The notes beneath the pieces were generated by a model that did no database searches, was not told the origin of the DNA, and worked only from the letters and a program-made list of their open reading frames with translations. From positions 58,156,001 through 58,220,000 of the forward strand of contig OZ287748.1 in NCBI GenBank assembly GCA_965649765.1: a DNA stretch of 64,000 bases, read 5' to 3'. Both the position numbers and the translations under genes were made by a program. Position 1 is the stretch's first letter. Each line of letters starts with the position of its first letter. Positions 1 through 13,114 of this stretch are shown one piece after another. Source of the DNA: Bispira polyomma (Eukaryota).

Positions 1-1231
1 ACGAACCCACACTTAGTGCATTGTTTACAACCCAAATCATCACCTTTAACAAAAGTTGGGAAAACTCCTTCAAAAACTGCCACAAATGAGAACAGTTCCA
101 ATTTTGTGATGGAGTTATTAATCCTCACTTGCCAAGAGGTTTCTAAAACTTTTTGAAACTTTTAGTCACGGAGGGGCGACTTTTCACCCTCACAGATTTG
201 TTTGTCATACATTCGATGCGGCCATTCCATGTTGAAATGAGACCTACATATTGAGTATCAGAAATATATAGTACATTTTTGTTATCTTTTGCATTGATCA
301 AGTACAACTGTAATCTCTTTTTGCAACTTGTCCAAAAAACCTGTCAATTTAAATATCAAGTTTATGTTTTAGGCTATATGTTTTTTATTTTGTATTTAGT
401 CATATTAGTAAAACATACTGGAAACAAAAAAAGTAATTCTAACATTCATTACAGATTTTGCAACTGAAGAATGGAATGAGGTTTTCTAACAGTAACATTA
501 GACTCGGAATGAAGGTACGTGACCTTAATTTTGTTAATTACTTTTAAAATGTTTCACTTTTGCTTTTCAACAAATTCAATATACTAATACATATATAATG
601 TCTTACTTTTTACTTTGACTACACAAGGTACAAAATGTGTTGCTGGTCAGGGGAAAATGTGTGCATTGTAGAGGTGAATGGAATATACTTTAAAAGTGTG
701 CATTGTAATATCACTGAACCACAAAAAATCAATACTTCTAAGCATCTGTTTATCTGGGCTATAAGGCCTTGGCCTTTGAGCTCATACATAACATGGTGGA
801 CTTTTAATGATTAAAGTATTGTCTATTGTAAGGGTATAATGTAGCTTTCACTTCTAAGTACTCTAAGTAACTACTGTCTTTTATAAATATAACAAATGGC
901 AGATGGTTGATTAAAGTGGCTCCAAATGGCTCAAGTTAGAAGACTGTAACTGGCTGCACTTGGATGGTCAAGAAAAGCTACACTAATTCTCGAAAATACT
1001 TACCTTAAGGTAAGTTGACTTTGACTTGAGGTGTTAAATATATGTTGTATACTTAAAAGTCAAGTATGTAAACCTTAACTTAAGGTTTTAAAATGTGGTT
1101 ATATACTTAAAGTTAATTGTCTAAACTGTAAAGAGATGTAAATATACAAGTAGTTAGATTTATACTTCTACAATTTTACATATCTATGTACATATATATA
1201 ATAAATTCAATATACCCTCATTTAGCTTTTT

Positions 1232-1490
1232 GGGGCTGCGGTGGCCTAGTGGTTAGCAAGCACTGCGCTTTACAATCACTGGTCTCTCACCTCTGGGATT
1301 GGTTGGCATGGGTTCAACTGCCGTCGATGCCTATGTGGGTAATGTGGTAGTTCCTTACTGTGGGCTGCTGGTTTCAGTGTCGAACCTTGATCAACTGTAT
1401 GCAGCGTTTCCTCCAGCGTTTCCAACTACCTATCCCAATATAACCTAAACAGGTACTAGAGTGGATGTTAAATATCCCAATCAAAAAAAA
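1232..1490 (+). mobile_element. tRNA-derived SINE family 1
   Basis: A-box TGGCCTAGTGG, B-box-like GGTTCAACT; near-identical to 23607 and 29978. Confidence 0.88.
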
Positions 1491-3258
1491 TTCACTTTGC
1501 TTTATAATTCGGATGGGGCGTGTTAGGGGCTGCATACAGAAGACGAATCTGGATCCACCGATCTGGTCCAGTAAAATTCACACTGATTTTTTTTTTTTTT
1601 AAATTTGGTCATATTAGTAAAACATAAATAATAAATGCTATTTGCATAGAGCTACAAAGAATAAAAATAAAGACAAAACTAGTTTCACACAAAAAATTAA
1701 AAGTTACACATGCAATTTTTTTAGGAAGCTCTGGTGCTGGTCTTGATACGGGACGGCACTTAGTAAAAATGTCTATAATTTTCCTTTAAATAGTCTGGAA
1801 TAACTGTTTTATTGCATTCCATTTTTTCTCAAAAAATCGCTTATGATTATTTCTATTTTTTTCGGATCTGGATCCCTACCACACACCTGCAAAGTAGCAC
1901 GAAATTTAACATAATTCCGCCGAATTCTCTGTCCGGTGGGAATAGGAAACAAACAATGTATCCATTTTCGGATAATTATCCAGATCTTGATCCTGGTTAG
2001 CTGCAGTGTGGATCTACTTTAATGAAAAAATAAATATACACTAGAATTAAGTATAATATAAATGAAGAAGAATATAATACAACCCCATAACTGTGTGTTT
2101 ACCATTGGTGTATGAAGGCTTCTAATTTGTTTAATGTAACTTTATTGCAGGTTCTTCTGATTTTATGTTTTAACTCATTTGAGATGAGATCTATAAGGTT
2201 CTGATGGCAGTAACTTTCAAATTAAAGGGAAGTATATTTGTTTTATTTTCTTGTGATAAAATGTATTGTTGTTATTGTCAATCTATTTAGTAGTAAATAT
2301 AAAGACTACTACAGTCAATAGCTACTATAAAAGGTGAAGAACTTAGTGACATATAATTTGAGCTAGCAGTAAGGATGATTAGAAAACCCACTGCTAGATA
2401 AAGTTCTTACAAATCCACTGCAAGTTAAGGCACATAGTTTAAGGGAAACTGTTCTTAGAATAGATTCTTGTTTCTGGCTTAAATTACATGTCACAATTTG
2501 TTACACTGTTTGGTCTTTTTAAAAGTCTGGTACATTTATTTTTTATTTAAGTTATTTCTTGAACATATAGGTGTTTGTCCAGAAATGTGTAAATTAATTA
2601 TAGAATGCAATTTCTTGTAATTAAAATGTGATCATTAAGTTGGGTTTTATGTTGTCTTAACTTTTGCCTTTTTTTGAAGGAATCTAAAATTCGCCACTGT
2701 ATCGGAAATTCACCACCTTTAAAATTTTAGCCAAATCAATAAATACTGGCAGAAAATACCTAGAATTTAGGTAATTAAAGCAAAAGAGTAAAGAGTCGAA
2801 TATTACTCAAAATTCTACCCAAAACAACGTGTTGTAGGTAGCTAATATTTCAAGCCATTTCATTAAAAACTGGCAAAAAATAGCTGGAATTTAGGTAAGT
2901 AAAGTAAAATAGTCACAAAAATCTCAATTTTAGCAAATATTACTTACAATTCTACCCAAAACAACATGTCGTAGTTGGCTAATTTTATATACAGGGTTTA
3001 TTTTACATTCCTGACATTAGTAATCATTTTTTACATTTTAGGTCTACTTCTGGAGTCCAGCATGACCCAGTACAGTTCAGTACACAGATTCTGCTTCAGG
3101 GGTTCTAACTAAATTAAGATCCACCCCCTTTAAGACCGCAGTGTAATCGGTGAAATGCATTTCCTATTTGATTGTCCCCATTATTTATTGATCTGCATAG
3201 AACAAAACACCTAATCCAAGCTGCTGTTGATAAAAATGTTAAATTTCATGATTGTTAA

Positions 3259-3510
3259 CCCTTTCGACCCCAGGAGAATACTATTATCGGCAACCTGATG
3301 AAATATTTTTGGTAATAGGTTACAGAAAGGTGGGAGTCGTTAAAACACTCGCCACACACTAGTTCCGACATTCAAAAACAACATTTCACATATTTTTAAA
3401 AGGAAAGAATTCCTCTGCACTAACAATATTTTTGGGGGTGTTGACTGCTAGACATCTAGGTTCTGGGAGTAACAAATGTCATCGACGTCTGGTCTACAAG
3501 GTCAAAAGGG
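3259..3510. mobile_element. piggyBac-like MITE
   Basis: TTAA|CCCTTTCGACC ... GGTCAAAAGGG|TAAA. Confidence 0.6.
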
Positions 3511-4927
3511 TAAATAACAAATTTTATTTACATTCCAGGTTACCTTCATGGAAATGAAAGGTGGATCCTTCCAATTGTGCGTAATGCAATTTACTTTTGA
3601 TGGCAATAACAAGCAGATGGAAGTATTATTAATCAGATGGAAGTATATCATTCTTTAGTCCTTTTAATGATTCTACCAAATTGCAGTATGTACTTTCTTC
3701 ATCCGTTTAATTAATTTTACGGATATAACTGAATTTTGCTTATTTAAAAAAAAGTTTCATGTAATTTGAGTCAGCCATAGGAAATCCACTGCAAGTTAAG
3801 GTGCTGCAGAAAAAGCTACTGGCATATAGATGATTGAGGTTGTTAGAAAGTTCACTGGTAGATAGGGTTCTTGTAGATAAGGTTATCATAAATCCACTGT
3901 AAGTTATAAGGTGTTAAGCATACTATAAGGAATGTGTTATGGCTAGCTTGAATTACATGCAATTTTTTCGCTTTGACATGTTGTATAAGAATATTTATGT
4001 TTTGGTAGTGTCTTTCACTGCCCCTCATGACAGTAAACTAGAAAATGTACTACCCAGTAAGCAAGCGGTTATAAGCACCTACCACCAATGTGGGTTCCAA
4101 CCCTGTTTGTTGCTTGAAGTGTTAAAATTTGTCTGGTACTTGCCATAGGTCAGTGGTTTACACTAGCTTCAGCACTTGTTTCTTCCACCAATAAATCTGG
4201 CCATCATGATATGACCTAAGCTGTTAAAAGCAAGATAAAACCGAAATCAAATATGAACAATTGAAATTCTTTTATTTGAAATTAAATTTATTTGATAACA
4301 GATGTGGATTTAATAAAGTAATTGTCTTTTTATTGTCAGTACAATGGTGTTCGTTGAATGTAGCGCTATGCTGTAGTCCCTTCCTGTTGGATTGCAGACA
4401 TGGAAGTTAAAGTGAATCATTTTTAAAGGTAATCCTGATGGAATGAATCTGTGGAAACCAAAACAGTCATTCACCGAAAATAAGAATGCAGACTCCGAAA
4501 AAGGCTTTAATAATTTCTACCAAAAATAAGAATGTCAAAAGGGGGGTTTCAACTCTTACCAAAAACAGTTTGACCTGTTCAGACACTTGAGATCTGTATG
4601 ATTAGCAAGATCAAAAGGATATTAATCCTTCAAATACAAACAAATGCCCACCACCTTTGATTTGATAGAGTTGGATGTGGTGGTGGCCTAGTGATTATAA
4701 GCGTCTGCTTTAAAATTACTCGCCTCTCTACCTCAAATTCTTTGCATGTTCCACTTTCTTATTTTCATTGAATAACTCTAAGATATCTGATGTTCTTTTC
4801 TTTTTGTTTTAATAAATTTTTCGGTAGATAACTAGGTGTGTTATTCAGAATTTTGCATACAGTCAATTTGAGTGAAACCTCTTAGGAGAACTATATGAAA
4901 CAAGACCTTTCTTTTAAAATCTTGTTC

Positions 4928-5240
4928 TCCCCGTGATCTAGTGGTTAGGGAGTTGGCCTGGTAATCAAAAAGTTCTGGGTTCGACTCCTTGTCCAGGCCG
5001 CTAGTTTCCTGTGGTTGGATAACATCCTTGGGCAACAAGTGAACACGTGTTGCCTTGTGGCTCAGATGACCATTTAAAATGACGTTCTGCTCTCACTGAG
5101 TTCTATCTCCAGTGGCAGATTAAAGATCCTTATAGAAGGTGGTAAATGGTGTCATCCTTAAGCCTTGGTGCCCATAGTGGCTTCCCATAAGTAAGCGCAG
5201 TTGAAATAATCCTGTGTTGTATAAGTGAGCAGTTACCAAT
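4928..5240 (+). mobile_element. tRNA-SINE family 3 (ATCCTTGGGCAAG core, L2-like tail)
   Basis: A and B boxes; homologous to 59108-59378 (-); partial relatives at about 30420-30585, 35774-35925, 43838-43950, 60355-60500 and 61140-61330. Confidence 0.78.
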
Positions 5241-8109
5241 ATCACATGTTATGTTTCATAATCTACCCCCTAAAGAATGAATCCTGCTTAAGTAGAGGTT
5301 CTTCGATCCCTTGAAGTTCACCTCATATTTAGCAAGTTATAACAGTCGTTTTATGTTTGGAACTTCATGAATATGTACAATTATACACGAAAAATGTGGC
5401 ACTGTTAACAATTGGTGATCTAGTCAGCACATATTTGTATTTATAGTGGATAATGTTTCAGTATAGTTAATAGTGTTTCAACATACAATTCAAAACAAAG
5501 TTAAAATGAATTTCAAACATTCTGCAATGGAGAGGTTCATTATACGTTATGTGACGTTCCATGATGTTTTTCGAGGTTTGAAGGAAATATGATATAACTT
5601 AATACTGCTTACTGCTACTTCAGTGAAAGGGTTTGTGACGAATACAGACAAATACAGAAATGAAGAGCTCTGCCATGATTATTTAAAAAAATTTGAAATA
5701 TTCGTCGCACCTTCTTAAAAGTGTCCGGAACTACAACAAGTGCAGACTTACCACCAAGATATTGGAAGGAACTCTCACTTTGTGTGACGTTTTAAATACG
5801 TAAACAAAGTAGTACTGTCGTAACGTCTCAGCGGAGAGGTGTGGCTGGGAAATTTGTCAGATCAGCTAGCGTTTTAATATGCCCTCATATGTACAAATTA
5901 ACCTTTTCGCAACTGGTAGAAAACTACCGCCAAGAACAGAAGAAAATTTTATTGATAAGAGGTTACAAATTGCTGAAGTCACTAAGACACAAACTACTGC
6001 TGGGGTTTCAACTAGTTGGCAACAGACATAGGTTCTGTTAGTAACAATTGCCATCGGTTGCTTGCCGACAAAGTAGACTTTTAAAAGCACTTAACCCTTT
6101 CGAGACCCAGCAGTGGCGGACTGTATGAAGTTCTTACTTAAATAATACACTATATATTAGACCAATCATCAACTATTTTCTATTTCAGTTAACCTGGAGA
6201 TGGAGTGACAAGTAGCTGTGTAACCGTTGTATGGTACCTGACCTCAATCAGATGTCCCCAATAATCAAAAGGAAGTAGTATTCACTTTAAAATGTTTCTT
6301 TCATAACTAAGTATATTACATTTCTGAAAAATACAGTATTAAGTGGCTGTTAGCTACACATAATTGTAATAACGTTAGTTCATTTTAGGCAAAAAAAATT
6401 TCATAAGTGTGTTGTGTAATTTGAGTTAGCCATGATATAAGTTTGTCAAATCCACTGCTAGTTTAAGGGTCTTATAAAAACATCCACTGCAAGTTAAGGC
6501 ACATAAGGAATTGTTGTGGCTAGCTTAAATTACACGACAGTTTTGTACAAGACAATGTATGAGATTGTATATACATGTACATGTATAGTAAAATGCTAGC
6601 TAGATATACATGCCAAGTAGCATTATTAAGACCAGGATTTGTATTCTTGAAAGAACTATTGCTTAACCTCATACTCCTCAAATATGGGCTATGTAGAACT
6701 AATGGCAATAATCTATATTTCAGCTATTCTTTGAGCGTGAAAGTAATAACCATAGCCCTGTTGTAATAGCACATTACATGGCCTATGAATGTGACAACGA
6801 TGTCCTCTATCTTTTCACTGCAATCATCAGTTTGTTGAGTGACATAAAATGTCAAAGAGAAAACACCAGGTATTAAACACAGTTTTTAGCTTTTTACCAA
6901 GTGCAGTCTGGTATTGATTTCCTTCTGTAAATTGCGCCCGCCATCTTGAAAATATGTAAACCCTTCATGGTTTGGTTGAAGCAATCGACCTGACTAATCC
7001 AATGGGTGTTGGCCTAATATTATCAGGTGCTGCCTGATATTGCCGCCATGTTGGAAATAATATGTAAGGCCTTCATAAATTGGTCGGATGCAATCGACCT
7101 AGCAAAGCTGAGGAGTGTCAGATTGATATCTCTCAAAATCCCTGGTCTATCACCAATGTGGGTTTGTATTCTGTTCATTGCATCATGTGGGAAGTTTGTC
7201 AGGTACTTGCTAGAGGTCAGTGGTTTACAGTATGGTTTCAGCATGTTTCTTCCACCATTAAATATGGCCTTTGTCATATGACCCTAATCTGTTACAAGCG
7301 ATGTAAAACCCAACTTTTTGAGGACTTTTTCTGTGATTATTATGTTTCATATGCCTATTATGAATTGTGTCTTGTCCTGTATATGTGGAAATAATTTAGC
7401 ATTTTATTCACTTAATTGCAGATTCTTCTGGTTCATGTGACAAACTGTGTTCAATGCTGGGGGTGAACTCATGAGATGGCATTTAAATGGACAGTATTTT
7501 TTTTATTATTTGTATTCTGTTCACATAGCCACATATGGAAGTTTCTCCATTAAATTAGTTAAAATTAAAAGTGTGCACTTTTCCACAATAATTTCCATGA
7601 TAATTTTAGACAATTTTTTTTTCTATTCCAGACCAACTTATTTTGCTGAAAATTATGAACATCATTCTCTACTTGAAATTTAAAATTTATCGTGCAAATA
7701 TAAGAAGGTTTGTGAAAATCAAAGTCATTTAATATATGTAATGAGTAATTTAGTTAGTGATATAATATATAACTGATAATATTTTGTTATCGTTTTAGAT
7801 ATCCAGATGCTGTAAAGAAGAATACTACCTCGGTGGTTGTTAAGAGAAAAGCAGTGATAGTGACATATACAGAATGTGTTCAAAGTTATCTAGAATACAG
7901 AATAATATATATTCACAAAACGTCTTACACCTATTTTAGACCTAAATGTATGTTAAGCTTAAGTTAAGACTAAGTTATCACCACTGTCATTAAGACCGAA
8001 ATCTTAATCTTTGTGGCCAAAATCTTATGACTAACTTAAGACTGAGACGTTCTGTATTGGAAAATGTACGTAACAGTTGATTGTGTAGATTGTGTAATAA
8101 ATAGTGGAG

Positions 8110-10260
8110 CAGTGGTAGTTAAGTGTGTAGATTAGTTGGAAGTATATACAGTGGTATTTTATGTTAGTGTAGTTGTAAGTTAATGCAATGGTATTTTATG
8201 TTAGTGTAGTTGTAAGTAGTATATTAGTACAATATGTATGTATTATGTATTTGTAAATGGGTGTAGTTGTACGTAAATGCAGTGGTATTTTAAGTTAGTG
8301 TAGTTGGAAGTAGTATATTAGTACATTATGTATGTATTATGCATTTGTAAGTTAGTGTAGTTGTACGTAAATGCAGTGGTATTTTAAGTTAGTGTAGTTG
8401 TACGTAAATGCAGAAGTATTTTAAGTTAGTGTAGTTGTACGTAAATGCATTGGTATTTTAATGCAGTGGTATTTTAAATTAGTGCAGTTGTAAGTAAATG
8501 CAATGGTATTTTAAGTTAGTGCAGTTGTAAGTAAATGCAGTGGTATTTTAAGTTACTGTAGTTAAGTGGTATTTTAAGTTAGTGTAGTTGCAGGTTATTA
8601 CAGTGGTATTTAAAGTGGTGTTTTATTGCAGAGCTATTTTCAGTTAGTGTAGTTGTACATTAATGCAGTGGTATTTTAAGTTAGTGTAGTTGTAAGTAAA
8701 TTCAGTGGTATTTTAAGTTAGTGTAGTTGTAAGTAAATGCAGTGGTATTTTAAGTTACTGTAGTTGTATGTAAATGCAGTGGTATTTTAAGTTAGTGTAG
8801 TTGTAAGTAAATGCAGAGGTATTTTAAGTTACTGTTGTTGTACGTAAATGCAGTGGTATTTTAAGTTAGTGCAGTTGTAAGTAAGTGCAGTGGTATTTTA
8901 AGTTACTGTAGTTGTAAGTAGAATATTAGTACATTATGTATTATGTAGTTCTAAATGGGTGTAGTTGTATGTAAATGCAGTGTAGTTGGAAGTAAATGCA
9001 AAAGTAGTTTAAGTTACTGTAGTTGTACTTTAATGCAGTGGTATTTTAAGTTACTATAGTTGTAAGTAAATGCAGTGGTATTTTAAGTTAGTGTAGTTGT
9101 ACGTAAATGCAGTGGTATTTTAAGTTAGTGCAGTTGTAAGTAGATGCAGTGGTATTTTAAGTTAGTGTAGTTATACCTGAATGCAGTGGTATTTTGTTGC
9201 AGTGATATTTTAAGTTAGTGTAGTTGTAAGTAAATGCAGTGGTATTTTAAGTTAGTGTGGTTGTAAGTAAATGCAGTGGTATTTTAAGTTAGTGTGGTTG
9301 TAAGTAAATGCAGTGGTATTTTAAGTTACTGTAGTTGTACGTTAATGCAGTCGTATGTAAATGCAGTGGTATTTTATTGCAGTGGTATTTTCAGTTAGTG
9401 TAGTTGTAAGTAAATGCAGTGGTATTTTATTGCAGAGCTATTTTCAGTTAGTGTAGTTGTACATTAATGCAGTTGTATTTTAAGTTACTGTTGTATGTAA
9501 ATGCAGTGGTATTTTAAGTTAGTGTAGTTGTACCTTATTACAGTGATATTTTAAGTTAGTATAGTTGTAAGTAAATGCAGTGGTATTTTAAGTTAATGTA
9601 GTTGCAGGTTATTACAGAGGTATTTTAGTTAGTGTAGTAGTAAGTATTGTATTAGTACATTATGTATTTATGTTGTTGTAATTTAGTTGTAATTTAGTTG
9701 TAATTAGCAGTGGTAGTTAGGTGTGTGGATTAATTGGAAATACATGCAGTGGTATTTTAAGTTCTTGTAGGTGTACCGTGTTACAGTGGTATTTTAAGTT
9801 AGTGTAGTTGTAAGTAAATGCAGTGGTATTTTAATGCAGTGTATTTGTGTGTAAATGCAGTGGTATTTTAAGTTAGTGTAGTTGTACCTGAATGCAGTGG
9901 TATTTTAAGTTACTGTAGCTGTAAGTAAATGCACTCGTAATTTAAGTTAGTGTAGTTGTACGTAAATGCAGTGGTATTTTCACTTAGTGTAGTTGTAAGT
10001 AAATGCAGTGGTATTTCAAGTTGGTGTAGTTGTAACTAGCACATTAGTAAATTATGTATGTATTTTGTACTTGTAAATTAGTGCAGTTGTACGTAAATGC
10101 AGTGGTATTTTAAGTTAGTGTAGTTGTAACTAGTACATTGGTACATTATGTATGTATTTTGTATTTGTAAGTTAGTGTATTTGTAAATCAATGCAGTGGC
10201 ATTTTAAGATAGTGTAGTTGTAGGTAGTATATTAGTACATTATGTATAAATTATGTAATA
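8110..10260 (+). repeat. Minisatellite array, about 37-bp unit GTAGTTGTAAGTAAATGCAGTGGTATTTTAAGTTAGT interleaved with GTAGTATATTAGTACATTATGTATGT variants
   Basis: Dozens of directly visible degenerate copies. Confidence 0.92.
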
Positions 10261-10261
10261 A

Positions 10262-10790
10262 TCTTGTATAAATTTCTCAACTTCTGTTAATACTGTTCTC
10301 AATCTTTGTATCCATGCTCATTGTAATATTAGATATAGCTTGTTCCTCTTTTTCTGTATGCCACTCTATGGCTGTCAACTGTGGGACGTAAGAAGAAATT
10401 TATTCCACTTAATGGAGGAAAGCACTGAGACGCATATGGAGGTTGCCATATACCACACACAGTCTGTACCTATATATTACCTGTAATGCCTGTCATGTTG
10501 AAAAACACAACTATTTATGCATTCTCTTAAATTTGTACATCAAATATTCAAGGATGAAAATGACAGTGTCTTGTTCTGTGGTAAATAGCCACCAGTGCTA
10601 GCTCTTTAGATGTATGCAACAATATTAATTGTATCTTTGACATACTTAAAATTAACGAATACAGCTTGTTCTTAAATAATTGCCACTCCTTTGTTCATCA
10701 ATTAAAAGTATGTGAAGATGATAGTGATTTTGACATTATTACATGCAGTGTGATTAGAGACGCTGTAACTTTAAAATAGTGCATAGCACA
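10262..10790 (+). mobile_element. Degenerate non-LTR ORF2 C-terminal fragment (RTEX/Proto2-like; clade uncertain), duplicated at about 12692-13112
   Basis: FFCMPLYGCQLWD...WRKALRRIWRLPYTTH motif with frameshifts. Confidence 0.65.
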
Positions 10791-10799
10791 GTGAATAGT

Positions 10800-11455
10800 A
10801 CATACATAATGTACTAAAATACTATTTACAACTAAAAAATGCATAATGTACTAATCGACTACAACACAATACATACACAATGTACAAATATAATACTTGC
10901 AACTACATAATACAAAATGTACTAAACCAATACTGCATAATGTACTAAGATACTGCTTACAACTACATAGTGTACTAATTACAACCACTAATTTACAACT
11001 CCATAAATATATAATGTACTAATCCACTACAACAGAATACATGCATATTGTACTAATATACTAATGACAACTACACTAACAACTACATAATAAACTACTT
11101 GCAACTACATTAATTAACAACTAAATATATTCTAAACTAATGAACTACAACATAATATATAATGTACTAATCCACTACTACATAATACATACATAATGTA
11201 CTAATATACTACTTACAAGTACACTAATTTACAACTAAACAATACTTGATGTACTAATCCACTACTGCATAATACATACATAATGTACTAATGACAACTA
11301 CGTACATCATAAACTAATCCACTACTACGCAATACATAATGTACTAATCCACTACTACAAAATACATGCATAAATGTACAAATATGCTACTTGCAACTAA
11401 CTAACTTATGCCATAATACATAATGTTATAATGTACATTATTTACACAACACAAA
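10800..11455 (-). repeat. Same minisatellite family in inverted orientation
   Basis: ACATAATGTACTAATATACTACTTACAACTACACTAA is the reverse complement of the upstream array motif. Confidence 0.85.
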
Positions 11456-11765
11456 TTTACTGGACTCCATTGCATACAAAAAGTAGCCAGAATGATTACA
11501 AACACTGCTAAACTCTCGCATATGACTAGCCTGTTTTCAGAAGTCCTCACTGGTTACTCTTTAGATATTGGGTTATGTTAAAGACTGCCACATTACTCTA
11601 TAACTTTTTATACACAGGACCCCCATGTTATTTCAGTCCATATTTGTGTAATATCATTTTAATCATAGTTTTTTTCCTACAGTGCACTAAAATTATGAAC
11701 CAGTCTGCTGCCAGAAATTTGTGCTGCTCCTACTTTGTCATCCTTCCTTCACAAGCAAACTAAAG
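11455..11765 (+). mobile_element. Degenerate L2-like ORF2 C-terminal fragment
   Basis: ARMITNTAKLSH..., LKTATLLYNFLYTGPPCYFSPYL aligns by eye with [12 protein letters not shown]...[23 protein letters not shown] of the intact LINE. Confidence 0.75.
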
Positions 11766-11850
11766 ATATACTTGTTTGCCAAAGTTTTCCCTCCCTAGTT
11801 ACATATTCATTCCGGTGTCTTCTGGGATATGACCACCTTCCAGAAAAAAA

Positions 11851-12690
11851 ATAGTGGTATTTTAAGTTACTGTAGTTGAAAGTAAATGCAATGGTATTTT
11901 AATGCAGTGTAGTTGTAAGTAGTATATTAGTACATTATGTATGTATCATTCAGTTGTAAATTAGTGTAGTTGTGAGTAGTTTATTAGTACATTATGTATG
12001 TATTATATACTTGTTTGCCAAAGTTTTCCCTCCCTAGTTACATATTCATTCCGGTGTCTTCTGGGATATGACCACCTTCCAGAAAAAAAATAGTGGTATT
12101 TTAAGTTACTGTAGTTGAAAGTAAATGCAATGGTATTTTAATGCAGTGTAGTTGTAAGTAGTATATTAGTACATTATGTATGTATCATTCAGTTGTAAAT
12201 TAGTGTAGTTGTGAGTAGTTTATTAGTACATTATGTATGTATTATATACTTGTAAATAAGTGCAGTTGTAAATAAATGCAGTGGTATTTTAAGTTAGTGT
12301 AGTTGTAACTAGTATATTAGTACAATATGTATGTATTGTGCATTTGTAAATTGTATAGTTGTACGTAAATGCAGTGGTATTTTAATGCAGTGGTATTTTA
12401 AGTTAGTGAAGTCGAAAGTAAATGCAATGGTATTTTAACGCAGTGTAGTTGTAAGTAGTATATTAGTACATTATGTATGTTTTATGTAGTTGTAAATTAG
12501 TGTAGTTGTAAAAAATGCAGTGATATTTTCACTTAGTGTAGTTGTAAGTAAATGCAGTGGTATTTCAAGTTTTGTAGTTGTAACTAGTATATTAGTACAT
12601 TATGTATGTATTTGTAGATCAATGCAGTGGCATTTTTAGATAGTGTAGTTGTAGGTAGTATATTAGTACATTATGTATAAATTATGTAAT
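11851..12690 (+). repeat. Second forward minisatellite array, including an exact 239-bp tandem duplication (11766-12004 / 12005-12243)
   Basis: Same motifs; duplicated block starts ATATACTTGTTTGCCAAAG. Confidence 0.88.
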
Positions 12691-13114
12691 AATCTTGTAT
12701 AAATTTCTCAACTTGTGTTAATACTGTTCTCAATCTTTGTATCCATGCTCATTGTAATGTTAGATATAGCTTGTTCCTCTTTTTCTGTATGCCACTCTAT
12801 GGCTGTCAACTGTGGGACTTATGTGAAAATTAATTCCACTTAATGGAGGAAAGCACTGAGACGCATATGGCAGTTGCCATATACCACATACAGTCTGTAC
12901 CTATATCTGTAATGCCTATTTATACATTCTGTTAAATTTATACATCAATTATTCAAGAATGAAAATGACTAGTCTGTGGTAAATAAGCCACTAGTGCTAG
13001 CTCTTTAGATGTAGGCCACAATATTAATTATATGTTTGACAAACTTAAAAGTAATAAATACAGCTTGTTCAATAATAATAATCTCCACTCCTTAGTTCAT
13101 CAATTAAAGGTATG

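Larger units (their letters stand above)
455..7930 (+). ncRNA. Possible multi-exon non-coding (or highly diverged) transcript
   Basis: Series of polypyrimidine-AG acceptors followed by short, less AT-rich blocks (455-514, about 2151, 3042, 3539, 6189, 7422, 7799); no joinable ORF found. Confidence 0.25.

Noticed and set aside
5400-6100. Possible transposon-protein remnant (short ORFs 5841..6041 and 5866..6090)
   Set aside because: No recognisable motif in any frame I could read
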